Assembly (NCBI GenBank): GCA_963737265.1
Contig: CAVTRY010000007.1
Location: 128,001-192,000 of the forward strand
Direction: 5' to 3'
DNA length: 64,000 nucleotides
From: an uncultured delta proteobacterium
GTDB lineage: Bacteria > Myxococcota_A > Polyangia > Fen-1088
The position numbers were made by a program, and so were the translations under genes. The notes under the pieces were generated by a model. It made no database searches. It was not told the origin of the DNA and saw only the letters and a list, made by a program, of their open reading frames with translations. This document shows positions 53,507 to 64,000 of this stretch, piece by piece; position 1 is the stretch's first letter, and every line of letters begins with the position of its first letter.

Positions 53507-55411
53507 CTAAAGCCACTCATAACGCATGTTCCGTCGCCGCGGCGTGAAACCGGCTGCGCGCACGTAGCCCTCGATGTCGCTGGCCGACAGCTTGAACACC
53601 GCGCCTGCCTGCGCCACCACGTTTTCCTCGATCATGGCCGACCCGAAGTCGTTGCCGCCAAAGCGCAGGCCGATTTGGCCGATGGCCGGTCCCATGGTGA
53701 CCCAGGAAACCTGCACGTTGGGGAAGTTGTCGAGGTACAAGCGCGCGAGAGCAAGGGTGCGCAGGTAGCGCGTGGCGGTCGTGTCGTCGCGCAACGGGAG
53801 GCGCGTACCCTCGGCTTGGAAGCTCCAACAGATGAAAGCGGTGAAGCCAGCGGTTTCGTCCTCGAGCGCGCGCAGCTTGTCGAAATGTCCGACGATGTGA
53901 TCGGCCTTTTCGCCGAAGCCGAAGACCATGGTTGCGGTGCTGCGCAGGCCGAGCGAATGCGCCTGGCGCATGACATCCAGCCAAGTCGCCACCGAGCATT
54001 TGTGGGGCGAGATGCGGTGCCGGATCTCGTCGTCGAGAATCTCGGCCGCGCCACCCGGAACCGAGTCAAGCCCCGCCGCCATCAGTCGTTCGAGGACGGC
54101 GCGGATGGTGAGATTCTCGCGCTCCGCGAGATAGCGAATCTCCTCGGGTGAAAGCCCGTGGATGGCGATGGGAAAATTCGCCTTCATCCAGCGGAACAGA
54201 TCCTCGTAATAGGCGAGCCCGAGCTCTGGGTTGATCCCGCCCTGAAGCAGGACCTGAATGCCGCCCATGTCGATTGTCTCTTGCAGCTTCCGGGCAAGCT
54301 CCGCGCGCGACAAGGTGTACACGCGGCCGTCGCCGGGCGGCCGGTAAAAGTTGCAGAACTGACAAGCCGTGGTGCACGCGTTGGTGTAGTTCACGTTGCG
54401 GTCGATAATGTAGGTGACCACGCCTTGGGGATGCAGCGAATGGCGGCGCGCGTCCGCCGCCAAGCCCAAGTCGTAAAGTGCGGCCGAGTCGTGCAGACGG
54501 ACGCCGTCGTCGAACGATAGGCGAACGCCGGCCGCGGCGTCGGAAAGCACGCTGTCGAGCGAACGAGGCGCACAAACCTTGGTCGATCTAGCTCGCGTTT
54601 CGTTGGCGAAAAAACGAATCACGGACTTTCGCCCGACGCCAACCAGGCCGGCCGCTTGCGCGCGGGTGAGAAAGGCGGTGGCGCCACAAAGCTCGCCGGC
54701 CCCGAACTCGTAGTGGATGTTCTCGCGCAGGTAGCGCTTACAAAGGTCGGCGGCAACGCCGCTTTTTTCGGCCCACGCGCCCGCAATCTCGTCGCGATGA
54801 GCGAGCCCCTGCGCCAAGCTGTCTTGCAGAAGTGCAACATCGCCCGGTGAAACCGCATCGGGTCGGCCGATCCACGCGGCGTAAACGAATGGCAGGCCCA
54901 CACGCTTGGTCCACTCGGCCCCGAGGTCGTAGACGTAACGAAAGCGCGCCGTGGCCGAAAAACAGAGATCGCCGATCATCAGGGCGCCGCGGCGACCCCC
55001 GACAAGATCGGCGATGCGGTCGTGCTCCGCGCGCGCGTAGCCGGGCGCAAGGCCGCGCTCGCGCGTAAGCAGCTGGACCAGGATCTGCGATGTGCGCGAG
55101 GCATCGTCGAGGAGGATGGTGTCCATGTCCTGCCATGGAACGTCGCCCATCAGCATCACCGTGCGCACGGAACCGCGCGAGGCGATGGCGACGCCAGGCA
55201 CCATGCGGAATTCGTCGGGCGCGTCGGCGAAGCTGCCGATGGGCATGAGCGCCAGATCCGCGTCGCCGCTGGCGATCGCGGCCGAGCAGCGCGATGGCAG
55301 ATCGAACCGGAGGTCGAAGCGATCGCTCCCGGCCGCAAGACCGCGCTCGATGCCGTAGACAATGGGACGGGTATTCAAAAACGAAACCGCGGTCAGACGC
55401 AAACGGGGCAC
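53507..55411 (-). CDS. mqnC: MqnA (chorismate dehydratase)-MqnC (cyclic dehypoxanthine futalosine synthase) fusion
   Basis: N-terminal VSFLNTRP, SRTS, IGD, LPFVYAAW; C-terminal YIIDRNVNYTNACTTACQFC, FGGNDFGSAMIEENVV. Confidence 0.9.
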   Translation of the reverse strand: MPRLRLTAVSFLNTRPIVYGIERGLAAGSDRFDLRFDLPSRCSAAIASGDADLALMPIGSFADAPDEFRMVPGVAIASRGSVRTVMLMGDVPWQDMDTILLDDASRTSQILVQLLTRERGLAPGYARAEHDRIADLVGGRRGALMIGDLCFSATARFRYVYDLGAEWTKRVGLPFVYAAWIGRPDAVSPGDVALLQDSLAQGLAHRDEIAGAWAEKSGVAADLCKRYLRENIHYEFGAGELCGATAFLTRAQAAGLVGVGRKSVIRFFANETRARSTKVCAPRSLDSVLSDAAAGVRLSFDDGVRLHDSAALYDLGLAADARRHSLHPQGVVTYIIDRNVNYTNACTTACQFCNFYRPPGDGRVYTLSRAELARKLQETIDMGGIQVLLQGGINPELGLAYYEDLFRWMKANFPIAIHGLSPEEIRYLAERENLTIRAVLERLMAAGLDSVPGGAAEILDDEIRHRISPHKCSVATWLDVMRQAHSLGLRSTATMVFGFGEKADHIVGHFDKLRALEDETAGFTAFICWSFQAEGTRLPLRDDTTATRYLRTLALARLYLDNFPNVQVSWVTMGPAIGQIGLRFGGNDFGSAMIEENVVAQAGAVFKLSASDIEGYVRAAGFTPRRRNMRYEWL

Positions 55412-55414
55412 AGC

Positions 55415-56515
55415 CTAGACAGCCTCCTGCTTGGTTGCGGGCGAGAATCTGCCGTAAAGCGTATCGCGCTCGACGGGAACGCGCCCGGCCTGGCGCACGA
55501 TGCGCGCGATGGTGTCGGGTGCGAGCGCCTGCGGCGAATGGGCGCCGGCCTGGTGATAGATCTTTTCCTCACTGACGGTGCCGTCGAAATCGTCGGCGCC
55601 GAACCACAGCGCCGTCTGTGCCGTAGCAAGACCGAGGCTCACCCAATACGCTTTGATATGCGAAATGTTGTGTAACATTAGGCGCGCCACGGCGCAGGTA
55701 CGCAGGGCTTCGGTCGCGGTCGGCGCGGGAATGTCGCCCAAGGCATTGTTGTCGGGATGGAACGGAAGCGGGATGAAGGCGAGTAGGCCCCCGGTTTCGT
55801 CCTGTAGCTCGCGCAAGCGCAGCAGATGCTCCACCCGCTCGGTCAGAGTCTCGACCGTGCCGAACAGCATGGTGCAGTTGGATTTGATGCCCAGGCGGTG
55901 TGCCGTGCGATGCACGTCAAGCCATTCGTCCGCACCGCATTTGTTGGGGCAGATCGCCGTGCGCACGCGGGGCGAAAAGATTTCCGCGCCGCCGCCAGGC
56001 AGCGAATCGAGCCCGGATGCCTGCAATCGGCGCAGAATTTCCTCGATGCTGCGGCGGTAAAGACGGTGAAAGAAGAAAATTTCCACCGCTGAAAAGGCCT
56101 TGATGCGGATGCCTGGCTCGATGGTTTTGAGCTGCGCAAGAAGATCGGTGAAGTACTCGAACGGCAAGCCGTCGTGCAATCCGCCGACGATGTGAACCTC
56201 GGTCACGCGATCGCCAACGGCAAGCCGCGCACGCAGCTTGTCCACCGCCTGTTCGACGGTCAGCACGAAGGCGCCCGCGGCGCCGGCATCGCGCCGAGAA
56301 AACGAGCACAGCTTGCACGCCGCCACGCACACGTTGGTGGGATTGATGTGGAGATTGCGATTGAAATAGGTGCGGTCGCCGTGCAGACGTTCGCGTACTT
56401 CGTTGGCCAGCCCGCCCACGTCGAGAAGATTCGGGTGCTGGTAGAGCTCGAGGCCATCAGCTAAGGACAAGGCGACGCCCGAGCGCACCTTCTGGGACAA
56501 GACGGGAAAACTCAC
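55415..56515 (-). CDS. mqnE: Aminofutalosine synthase
   Basis: FNRNLHINPTNVCVAACKLC, EVHIVGG, PGGGAEIF, HIKAYW, DGTVSEEKIYH. Confidence 0.92.
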   Translation of the reverse strand: MSFPVLSQKVRSGVALSLADGLELYQHPNLLDVGGLANEVRERLHGDRTYFNRNLHINPTNVCVAACKLCSFSRRDAGAAGAFVLTVEQAVDKLRARLAVGDRVTEVHIVGGLHDGLPFEYFTDLLAQLKTIEPGIRIKAFSAVEIFFFHRLYRRSIEEILRRLQASGLDSLPGGGAEIFSPRVRTAICPNKCGADEWLDVHRTAHRLGIKSNCTMLFGTVETLTERVEHLLRLRELQDETGGLLAFIPLPFHPDNNALGDIPAPTATEALRTCAVARLMLHNISHIKAYWVSLGLATAQTALWFGADDFDGTVSEEKIYHQAGAHSPQALAPDTIARIVRQAGRVPVERDTLYGRFSPATKQEAV

Positions 56516-57198
56516 AGCGCTTGCACCTTTCCTTCCGGCAAGCGCTCGCACGGGACAAATCCCGAGGCACGCAAAAGCAGCACCGCCTCGTCACGGGTGA
56601 GCTCGTTGCTGGACGCGTGCGCGCCCAGGCGCAGCGCGCGCTGGCTCACGACAGCACCCAGCATTTCGTCCGCGCCGAACGACAAACAAAGCTGGCCGAG
56701 CTTGTGGCCGAGCCGTTCCACATCGACGACGACGTGCTTCGACGGGCAGGCCATCCGGCACGCGGCGAAGAAGTGGATGGTGTCGAGGCCCATGGCTTCG
56801 CCCACCGGCGTGGGCATGACCCCGTCGATGGCCGGGACCTGGCGCAGGACCTCGCCAACTTTTTCGAGGCGCGTCCGGCGTAGCACAGGCGATTCGCCCG
56901 CGGCAAATGGCACACGAATCAGACCACGCATGCCGAGCGCGACCGCTTCGCGCGCGACCGCCACGCCGCAAAGTACGGTGTTGGCTCCCGCTTGTTGCAC
57001 CGCCGGCAGCCCGCCGAGCCCGGCGAGATCCTCTTCCTCGACCAGGGCGCACACGGCTTCGCGCGGTCCCAACCAAGAACCGTCCGGCTGCAAGCGACGC
57101 GCACCCACAAAAAAGGCGCGTCCGCCAAAGGCGGCGCGTGCGGCCGCCAGGGCCGCGCGACCGAGTCCAAAAAGATCCAAATCCCGTTCCGAGCTCAT
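56512..57198 (-). CDS. Degenerate MqnE/CofH-like protein lacking the radical SAM Cys motif
   Basis: DLFGLGRAA...FGGRAFF start and LGHKLGQLCLSFGADE...ASGFVPCER end parallel MqnE; no CxxxCxxC. Confidence 0.65.
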   Translation of the reverse strand: MSSERDLDLFGLGRAALAAARAAFGGRAFFVGARRLQPDGSWLGPREAVCALVEEEDLAGLGGLPAVQQAGANTVLCGVAVAREAVALGMRGLIRVPFAAGESPVLRRTRLEKVGEVLRQVPAIDGVMPTPVGEAMGLDTIHFFAACRMACPSKHVVVDVERLGHKLGQLCLSFGADEMLGAVVSQRALRLGAHASSNELTRDEAVLLLRASGFVPCERLPEGKVQAL

Positions 57199-57759
57199 GG
57201 CGACTTCCCCCAGCGTGGCGCGAGCGTGGCTCCGACCGCGAGCTGGTCGAGCACACGCGCCACAACGGTATCCACGATCGCATCCACGGTCGTCGGGCGA
57301 GTATAGAATGACGGCGCCGCGGGCAGCACGATGGCGCCAGCTTTGGCCACGGCGAGCATGTTTTCAAGGTGGATCAGCGACAGCGGCGTCTCGCGCACGA
57401 GCAGAATGAGCTTGCGCCTCTCCTTGAGCGCCACGTCGGCGGCCCGGCCGATGAGGTCGTCGGCCATGCCGCCCGCAATGCGCCCCACACGGCCGACCGA
57501 ACAGGGCACCGCCACCATGGCGTGCCACAGGGCCGAACCCGACGCGAACGAGGACGTGAAATCGTCGTTGGCGTATTCGCGAAAGCCGTAGCTGCATTCG
57601 GTGCCAAGTTCGTGTTGCCACACGCGCCGGCCATTGGTCGAAAAGCAGATGGCGACCTCGAGATCGGATTGCGTTTGGCGCGCGCTCGAACAGGGCGTCG
57701 AGCAACCGCTTGGCGTAGATGGCGCCGGAAGCGCCAGTGATGGCGACCAAGATTTTCAT
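57195..57759 (-). CDS. ubiX: Flavin prenyltransferase, +1 frameshift near 57690
   Basis: ILVAITGASG; ASGS, VPCS, RAADVALKERR, RETPL, PSFY in the next frame. Confidence 0.9.
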
Positions 57760-58487
57760 TCCGCCACCACCAGCGCAGCGACCCCGGCGGGAAACAGATC
57801 GGCTCCGGTCACCGTCGAGAATCCGACCTTGCGCAAGAGCACCTCAAACTCGGTGCGCGGCAAGAACCGCATGATGGACTCGGGCAAGTAGCGGTAGGCG
57901 GCGCCATCCCCGGTCACGGCACGGCCGAGCAGGGGCAGCACACGAGCGTTGTAGAAGCCATCCCAGAAGGCACGTCTGCGCGCGGGCCGAAAGAATTCCA
58001 GGATCGCGATGCGGCCCCCAGGACGTACCACCCGCCGCAGCTCCGTCATTGCTTGTTCGAGATTGCGCAGGTTGCGCACACAAAAGGCCGAGAAGGCGAC
58101 GTCGAAAGCCGCGTTCTGATAGGGCAGGTCGTGCCCATCGGCGACCTGCGCTGCCACGTTCGCGGCACGCAGCTTTTTCCGCCCCTCGGCCAGCATGTTG
58201 CGTGCGAAGTCCGCGCCTAAGACCACGGCCGCGGGCTTCCGTCGCAAAATCGCGATGGCGCCGTCGAGCGTGCCGGCGCCAAGGTCGAGCACGCGCGGCG
58301 AATCCCCGAGCCCCTGCATCAGCGCCCGAATCGCCTTGCGGCGCCAAAGCCCGTCGACGCCGGCCGACATGATCCGGTTCGCGCGGTCGTAGCGGGTAGC
58401 GATGCGATCGAACATCGCCCTGATATCCTCGCGAACGACTTTCGGGACGACTCTCGGGACATCGGCTCGAGGCGCGGCAGCCGGCAT
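57756..58487 (-). CDS. ubiE: Menaquinone C-methyltransferase (UbiE/MenG)
   Basis: MFDRIATRYDRANRIMSAGVDGLWR, LDLGAGT, AYRYLPESI. Confidence 0.9.
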   Translation of the reverse strand: MPAAAPRADVPRVVPKVVREDIRAMFDRIATRYDRANRIMSAGVDGLWRRKAIRALMQGLGDSPRVLDLGAGTLDGAIAILRRKPAAVVLGADFARNMLAEGRKKLRAANVAAQVADGHDLPYQNAAFDVAFSAFCVRNLRNLEQAMTELRRVVRPGGRIAILEFFRPARRRAFWDGFYNARVLPLLGRAVTGDGAAYRYLPESIMRFLPRTEFEVLLRKVGFSTVTGADLFPAGVAALVVAE

Positions 58488-59515
58488 CACGCCACCCGGT
58501 CGACGGAAAGTCTCGACAGCTCGACGAGCGCGTCCCGGTACTGCGACGCTGGCAGCGCCACGAGCTCGGACGTGGCGGCGTCGGCAAACGCAACGGCTCG
58601 CTTGCGCGCGCGTTCCACCCCGCCTGCCGCACGCACCGAGGTCAGGATGGAATGCGCTTTGTCGGCCGGAATTCCTTGCTCGCCCAAGGCATCGCGAATG
58701 CGCGCGCGCAGGTCGGGATCGGTTTCGCAGGCCAGCAGCACCGGCAAGGTTAGCTTGCCTTCCTGCAAGTCGCGCCCGCCCGACTTCCCGGTCACGCCCT
58801 CGTCGACCGCACAATCCAGGATATCGTCGGCGATCTGGAAGGCGCGGCCGAGCGCGCGGCCGTAGCGCCCCAACACGGCATCGAGCGGTGCAGGGAGCAC
58901 GCCCCCCACGCGCGAACACCAAGCCATGAGCGACGCGGTCTTGCGATCGGCCACGCGCAGATAGGCGTCGACGGTGGCATCTGGATCGCCAGCGCCTTCA
59001 AGTTGCGCCACTTCGCCCTCGGCCATTTCGGTAACGGTGGCCGCGAGCGAGCGCACCATGGCGATCGATCCGGTCGAGGCGACCAGCTCGAGCCCGCGCG
59101 CCAGGCAGAAGTCGCCCACCAGCACGGCCACGCCGTTGCCAAAAATCATGCGCGCGGCGGGCCGCCCACGGCGGACATCGCCGTTGTCCACGACGTCGTC
59201 GTGAAACAGCGTCGCGGTGTGAATCAGCTCCGCCGCGCAGCCGGCCGCGATCGCGTGATCCAAGTCGCTCTCGCAGGTGCGGGCCACCAGCACGGAAAGG
59301 AGCGGCCGCAGGCGCTTGCCACCCGCGCCAAGCAGATGGGTGCCCACCTCGGGGATGCGACCAACGGGACTGTCCATCTGTTCGCAAAGGCGCGTCTCGA
59401 CGGCGTGCATTTCACCGGCGACCAGAGACCACAAATCGCTGACGCGCCTACGGGAGATCGCCGGAGAAACTGCCGGAGGTCGGATAAGATCGATGTGAAT
59501 GGCCGCTCTGCTCAT
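58487..59515 (-). CDS. Polyprenyl diphosphate synthase
   Basis: GGKRLRP, HDDVVD, RRG, FQIADDILD, DLQEGKLTLP. Confidence 0.95.
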   Translation of the reverse strand: MSRAAIHIDLIRPPAVSPAISRRRVSDLWSLVAGEMHAVETRLCEQMDSPVGRIPEVGTHLLGAGGKRLRPLLSVLVARTCESDLDHAIAAGCAAELIHTATLFHDDVVDNGDVRRGRPAARMIFGNGVAVLVGDFCLARGLELVASTGSIAMVRSLAATVTEMAEGEVAQLEGAGDPDATVDAYLRVADRKTASLMAWCSRVGGVLPAPLDAVLGRYGRALGRAFQIADDILDCAVDEGVTGKSGGRDLQEGKLTLPVLLACETDPDLRARIRDALGEQGIPADKAHSILTSVRAAGGVERARKRAVAFADAATSELVALPASQYRDALVELSRLSVDRVA

Positions 59516-60606
59516 GACACGCGCCTTGTGATTCTAAGATCCAGAAAACCCGTGGGCGTTTCGTTCGATAGAGCCGCAAGCTGTCCGCATGCTGCGGCCT
59601 TGTCGTCGCCGCGCGGGGTGCGAATGTACACCGGGAGATCGGGGCGGCGTACCGCGGCCTGAAAGGCCAACACGCTCGCGTCGCTGGGGCGCTCGAACGG
59701 CAGGCCAGGAACCGGGTTCCACGGAATGAGGTTCACCTTGCTCGGGATCCCTGCGATCAGGCGTGGCAAACGCGCGGCGTCCACATCGGAATCGTTCACC
59801 CCCGCGAACAGCACGTATTCGAAGGTGATGCGGCGGTGGTGGGCCAGCGGAAATCGGCGCGCGGCGGCCAGTAGGGCCTGGATGTTCCAGCGCCGATTCA
59901 CCGGCATGAGGCGATCGCGCAGCTCGTCCGTGGTGGCGTTGAGGGAGATGGCTAGGTTGGGGGCCGGTCGCACCTTGGCAAGAAGGTCGATACCGGTCAC
60001 CACTCCCGAGGTCGACACCGTTAATCGCCGCGGCGACAGGCCCGCGCCCCAGGGGTGCTGGATAATCGATAACGCGCGGGTCACTTGGTCGAAATTATGC
60101 AACGGTTCGCCCATTCCCATGAAGACAATATTGGTCGGCTTTTGTCCCGAGATTTCCATCGACCAGTATAGTTGCTCGACCATTTCGCCAGCAGTCAGGT
60201 TGCGGCCGAATCCCAAGGTGGCTGTCGCGCAGAAGGAACAGCCCCAGGCACAACCAACCTGGCACGAAATACACAGGGTCAGCTTGCTGCGCGCCAACTT
60301 GTCGTCCGGGATCAGCACCGATTCGATGGCGCGCCCGTCGTGGGTGTGAAAGCGAAACTTGCGCGTACCGTCCGACGAATCCACCGCCCCGTCGGGAACC
60401 AGCGGCAGGAGCCCGCTGTCGGCCAGCATGGCATCGCGCAAAGGGCGCGGTACCGTGGACGGCGCGAATGGATCGCGAACGCTGCCCACGCCGCCAAAAC
60501 CCGGGCCATGCAGCCAGCGAAACAGTTGTTCGGCGCGAAACGGCAGCTCACCCGCGCGCGCAACACGCTCGCGTAGCTCCACGATGGTGAACGATCGAAG
60601 ATCCAA
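59512..60606 (-). CDS. rlmN: 23S rRNA/tRNA m2A methyltransferase
   Basis: QVGCAWGCSFC, MGMGEPLHN, VNLIPWN, RGDDKAAACGQL. Confidence 0.95.
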   Translation of the reverse strand: MDLRSFTIVELRERVARAGELPFRAEQLFRWLHGPGFGGVGSVRDPFAPSTVPRPLRDAMLADSGLLPLVPDGAVDSSDGTRKFRFHTHDGRAIESVLIPDDKLARSKLTLCISCQVGCAWGCSFCATATLGFGRNLTAGEMVEQLYWSMEISGQKPTNIVFMGMGEPLHNFDQVTRALSIIQHPWGAGLSPRRLTVSTSGVVTGIDLLAKVRPAPNLAISLNATTDELRDRLMPVNRRWNIQALLAAARRFPLAHHRRITFEYVLFAGVNDSDVDAARLPRLIAGIPSKVNLIPWNPVPGLPFERPSDASVLAFQAAVRRPDLPVYIRTPRGDDKAAACGQLAALSNETPTGFLDLRITRRVS

Positions 60607-60618
60607 GTCTGCGGATTA

Positions 60619-61686
<1,068 letters not shown>

Positions 61687-62376
61687 TTAGAATATGCTCC
61701 CAACGTCGATCCCGGCCGCCAGTGCGCCTTGGTACCCGACATAGGGCACGACCGTGATGCGCTTGTAAAGCAGGTTGGGCCGCAGAAGAGCTCGCACCGT
61801 CGAGGTCGTGGGGTTGGAGTATCCGTTGAAGATCGTCGCGGCAGCATTACCGGAGTTCTGATCCAGGGCTGTGCTGTAGTAGCGCGTGGACTGATAGTCG
61901 AACGCGACCAGTACTTCCGGCACGAAGACGAAGTTGGTCCCGAATTCGAACCGGCGATACACTGACGGGCCTGCGACCACGCCCCAGCCTTCTGGATTGG
62001 CCACCGGGCTGCTGCTTGGTCCAATGCCGGTGTAGAAGACCCGCTGCACGCCAAGCAGCACCGCGACCGAAATCGGCATGGATTCGTCGGCTCGAAGAAG
62101 GTGAGCGCTGACGAACGGCATGACGCCATAGCCGGCTAGATTCTTGGCGTTGCCGCCCGTGTAGGCGTATCGCGTGAAATCCAAACCAACGTCGAATACG
62201 CCCCGGTAGGAAAAGCCGGCAATCAGCGACGCGCCCCACGCATCCTTCAGCACGCCAGCCCCGACCATGGCGTTCATCGTGTTGGGATCGCCCTTCTCGA
62301 TGAAGATGCTCTGCGCGTGGGCCGCGCTGGCGAGCAGGGTGGCGGTCAGAAAGCACAGGCCAGTGATTTTTTGCAT
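61687..62376 (-). CDS. Putative outer membrane beta-barrel protein
   Basis: Signal peptide ending AHA, amphipathic strands, terminal Phe. Confidence 0.6.
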   Translation of the reverse strand: MQKITGLCFLTATLLASAAHAQSIFIEKGDPNTMNAMVGAGVLKDAWGASLIAGFSYRGVFDVGLDFTRYAYTGGNAKNLAGYGVMPFVSAHLLRADESMPISVAVLLGVQRVFYTGIGPSSSPVANPEGWGVVAGPSVYRRFEFGTNFVFVPEVLVAFDYQSTRYYSTALDQNSGNAAATIFNGYSNPTTSTVRALLRPNLLYKRITVVPYVGYQGALAAGIDVGSIF

Positions 62377-62458
62377 CGATGTTCCTCCCAAGCGGCAGCC
62401 GATGGGCCGCCATGATGGCACGGTCGGTCTTGCAGTCCAAGCACTTAACTAGCGCTAA

Positions 62459-64000
62459 TCAGGCCAGTAGGGCAAGCAAGTCGTCACACGTCAACGAAGC
62501 CGCAGCTGCCGCATCGCCCAAAGCGGCCTCGCCGATAGCCCGCTTGCGCTGCTGCAAATCGAGAATGCGTTCCTCGACCGTGTCGGTGGCGACAATGCGG
62601 TAGATCATGACTGGGCGCTCTTGGCCGATGCGGTGGGCGCGGTCGGCGGCCTGATCTTCGACCGCCGGATTCCACCACGGATCGCACAAGAACACATGAT
62701 CCGCGGCGGTCAGATTTAAACCCGTTCCGCCCGCCTTGAGCGAAATGAGCAAGACCGGCGGCCCGCCCTCGCCCTGGAAGGCCTCGACCACGGCGGCCCG
62801 GTCGCGAGTGCTGCCGTCGAGGCGTGTGAAGGCGATGCCAATCTGTTTAAGCGCTGGCTCGATGAGATCGAGGAGCGAGGTCCACTGGGAGAAGACCAGG
62901 GCCTTGTGCCCATCCTCGGCGGCGTTCACCAAGGCATCGACCAGGGCCTCGACCTTGGATGACGTGGCGGCGGTCTGCCCCGGCAGAAGGCCGGGGTGGC
63001 AAGCCGCCTGCCGCAACCGCAGCAGTGCCTCCAGCGCCTTCATCACATCGAGCTTTCCCGTTCCACTCGCGCCCACGGCAGCCACGAGATCGCTTTGCGT
63101 TGCGGCTCTAACTGCGTCGTAGATGCCGCGCTCGCGCTCATTGAGGTCGATCTTGATGGTGACCTCGCAGCGCGGAGGAAGCTCGGGCGCCACCTCGGCC
63201 TTGCGCCGGCGCAGAACGAAAGGGCGGATGCGCTGGCGCAGGGACTGGGCCGCGCCGGGCATGCCGTCCGCAATCGGACGCGCGGTCTCGGCGTCGAAGT
63301 CGCGCCGGCCGCCGAGCAGGCCGCGATTCGCAAAATGCATCAGGCTCCACAGCTCGTCCAGGCGATTTTCCACCGGCGTGCCGGTCATGGCCAGACGAAA
63401 ATCGGCGTTGAGAGCGTAGGCCGCGCGCGCGACCTGGCTGTCGGGGTTCTTGATCGCCTGCGCTTCGTCAATCACCACCGTGTCGAAGCGACGGCGCGCC
63501 AGCTCCTCGCCGTCGAGACGCAAGATTGCGTAGGTGGTCAGGGTGACGTCGGCGCTGTCGTCAAACTTGCGCGACGGACCGTGGTACACGGCCACGCGCA
63601 GCGCCGGACGAAAACGCGCGAGCTCGGCGCGCCAGTTGGGCAGCACGCTGGTGGGACAGACCACCAACGTCTTCTTGTTGAACACGCACATGGCTTCCAC
63701 GGTCTTGCCGAGGCCCATGTCGTCGGCGAGAACGCCGCCCAGCCCCACGCTGCGCAGGAACGACAGCCAATTCACGCCGATCTGCTGGTACGGACGCAGC
63801 GTCGCCGCCAAGTCGCGCGGCAACGGTGCCTCGGGCAGGCGCTCGAAGGTCTCGGCGAGCGGCGCCAAGCGATCGAGGCCGGGTGGAGGCGGCTGGTCGA
63901 GATCTTCGCAAAACCGGCCAAGCGTGGGCAGCGCATGGGTGGCCAAGCGACCGTCGCCGGCGCGCGCGGCGAGCAAGGACGCAAGTTCCTGTCCGTGCTT
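62459..64000 (-). CDS. SNF2-family helicase/ATPase (5' end outside the window)
   Basis: [41 protein letters not shown]. Confidence 0.95.
   Translation of the reverse strand, partial: KHGQELASLLAARAGDGRLATHALPTLGRFCEDLDQPPPPGLDRLAPLAETFERLPEAPLPRDLAATLRPYQQIGVNWLSFLRSVGLGGVLADDMGLGKTVEAMCVFNKKTLVVCPTSVLPNWRAELARFRPALRVAVYHGPSRKFDDSADVTLTTYAILRLDGEELARRRFDTVVIDEAQAIKNPDSQVARAAYALNADFRLAMTGTPVENRLDELWSLMHFANRGLLGGRRDFDAETARPIADGMPGAAQSLRQRIRPFVLRRRKAEVAPELPPRCEVTIKIDLNERERGIYDAVRAATQSDLVAAVGASGTGKLDVMKALEALLRLRQAACHPGLLPGQTAATSSKVEALVDALVNAAEDGHKALVFSQWTSLLDLIEPALKQIGIAFTRLDGSTRDRAAVVEAFQGEGGPPVLLISLKAGGTGLNLTAADHVFLCDPWWNPAVEDQAADRAHRIGQERPVMIYRIVATDTVEERILDLQQRKRAIGEAALGDAAAAASLTCDDLLALLA

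Overview
GC-rich bacterial chromosomal window, probably Myxococcota/deltaproteobacterial (inferred from DUF4388-DnaJ-TPR, PilZ, ECF/FecR, Gly/Cys-rich lipoproteins and the futalosine pathway). Core regions: aspS (partial), a PadR-ABC-LolA-like export operon, tRNA-fMet, amrB/amrS, a split dcw cluster (murC-ftsQ-ftsA-ftsZ-smpB), gatCAB, a menaquinone cluster with rlmN, mdh and an SNF2 helicase. The accessory block at about 36.6-51.9 kb is built around tRNA-Lys(CTT). A decayed integrative element (about 41.1-51.3 kb) is bounded by a 53-bp direct repeat of the tRNA 5' half, and a relic of an older related element lies to its left. The cargo includes a lipoprotein plus radical SAM/SPASM pair; just left of the element are a stand-alone A(Gly)-T-TE(Cys) NRPS and an SGNH-like lipoprotein. 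A 7-copy 80/93-bp structured repeat array follows the tRNA. Other notable items are a four-CxxCH lipoprotein cytochrome, an MqnA-MqnC fusion and a cluster-less MqnE-like paralog. Several genes, including housekeeping mdh and ubiX, carry +1 frameshifts that are probably sequencing errors and recur at CTCGA. All calls come from motif recognition by eye; no database searches were run.
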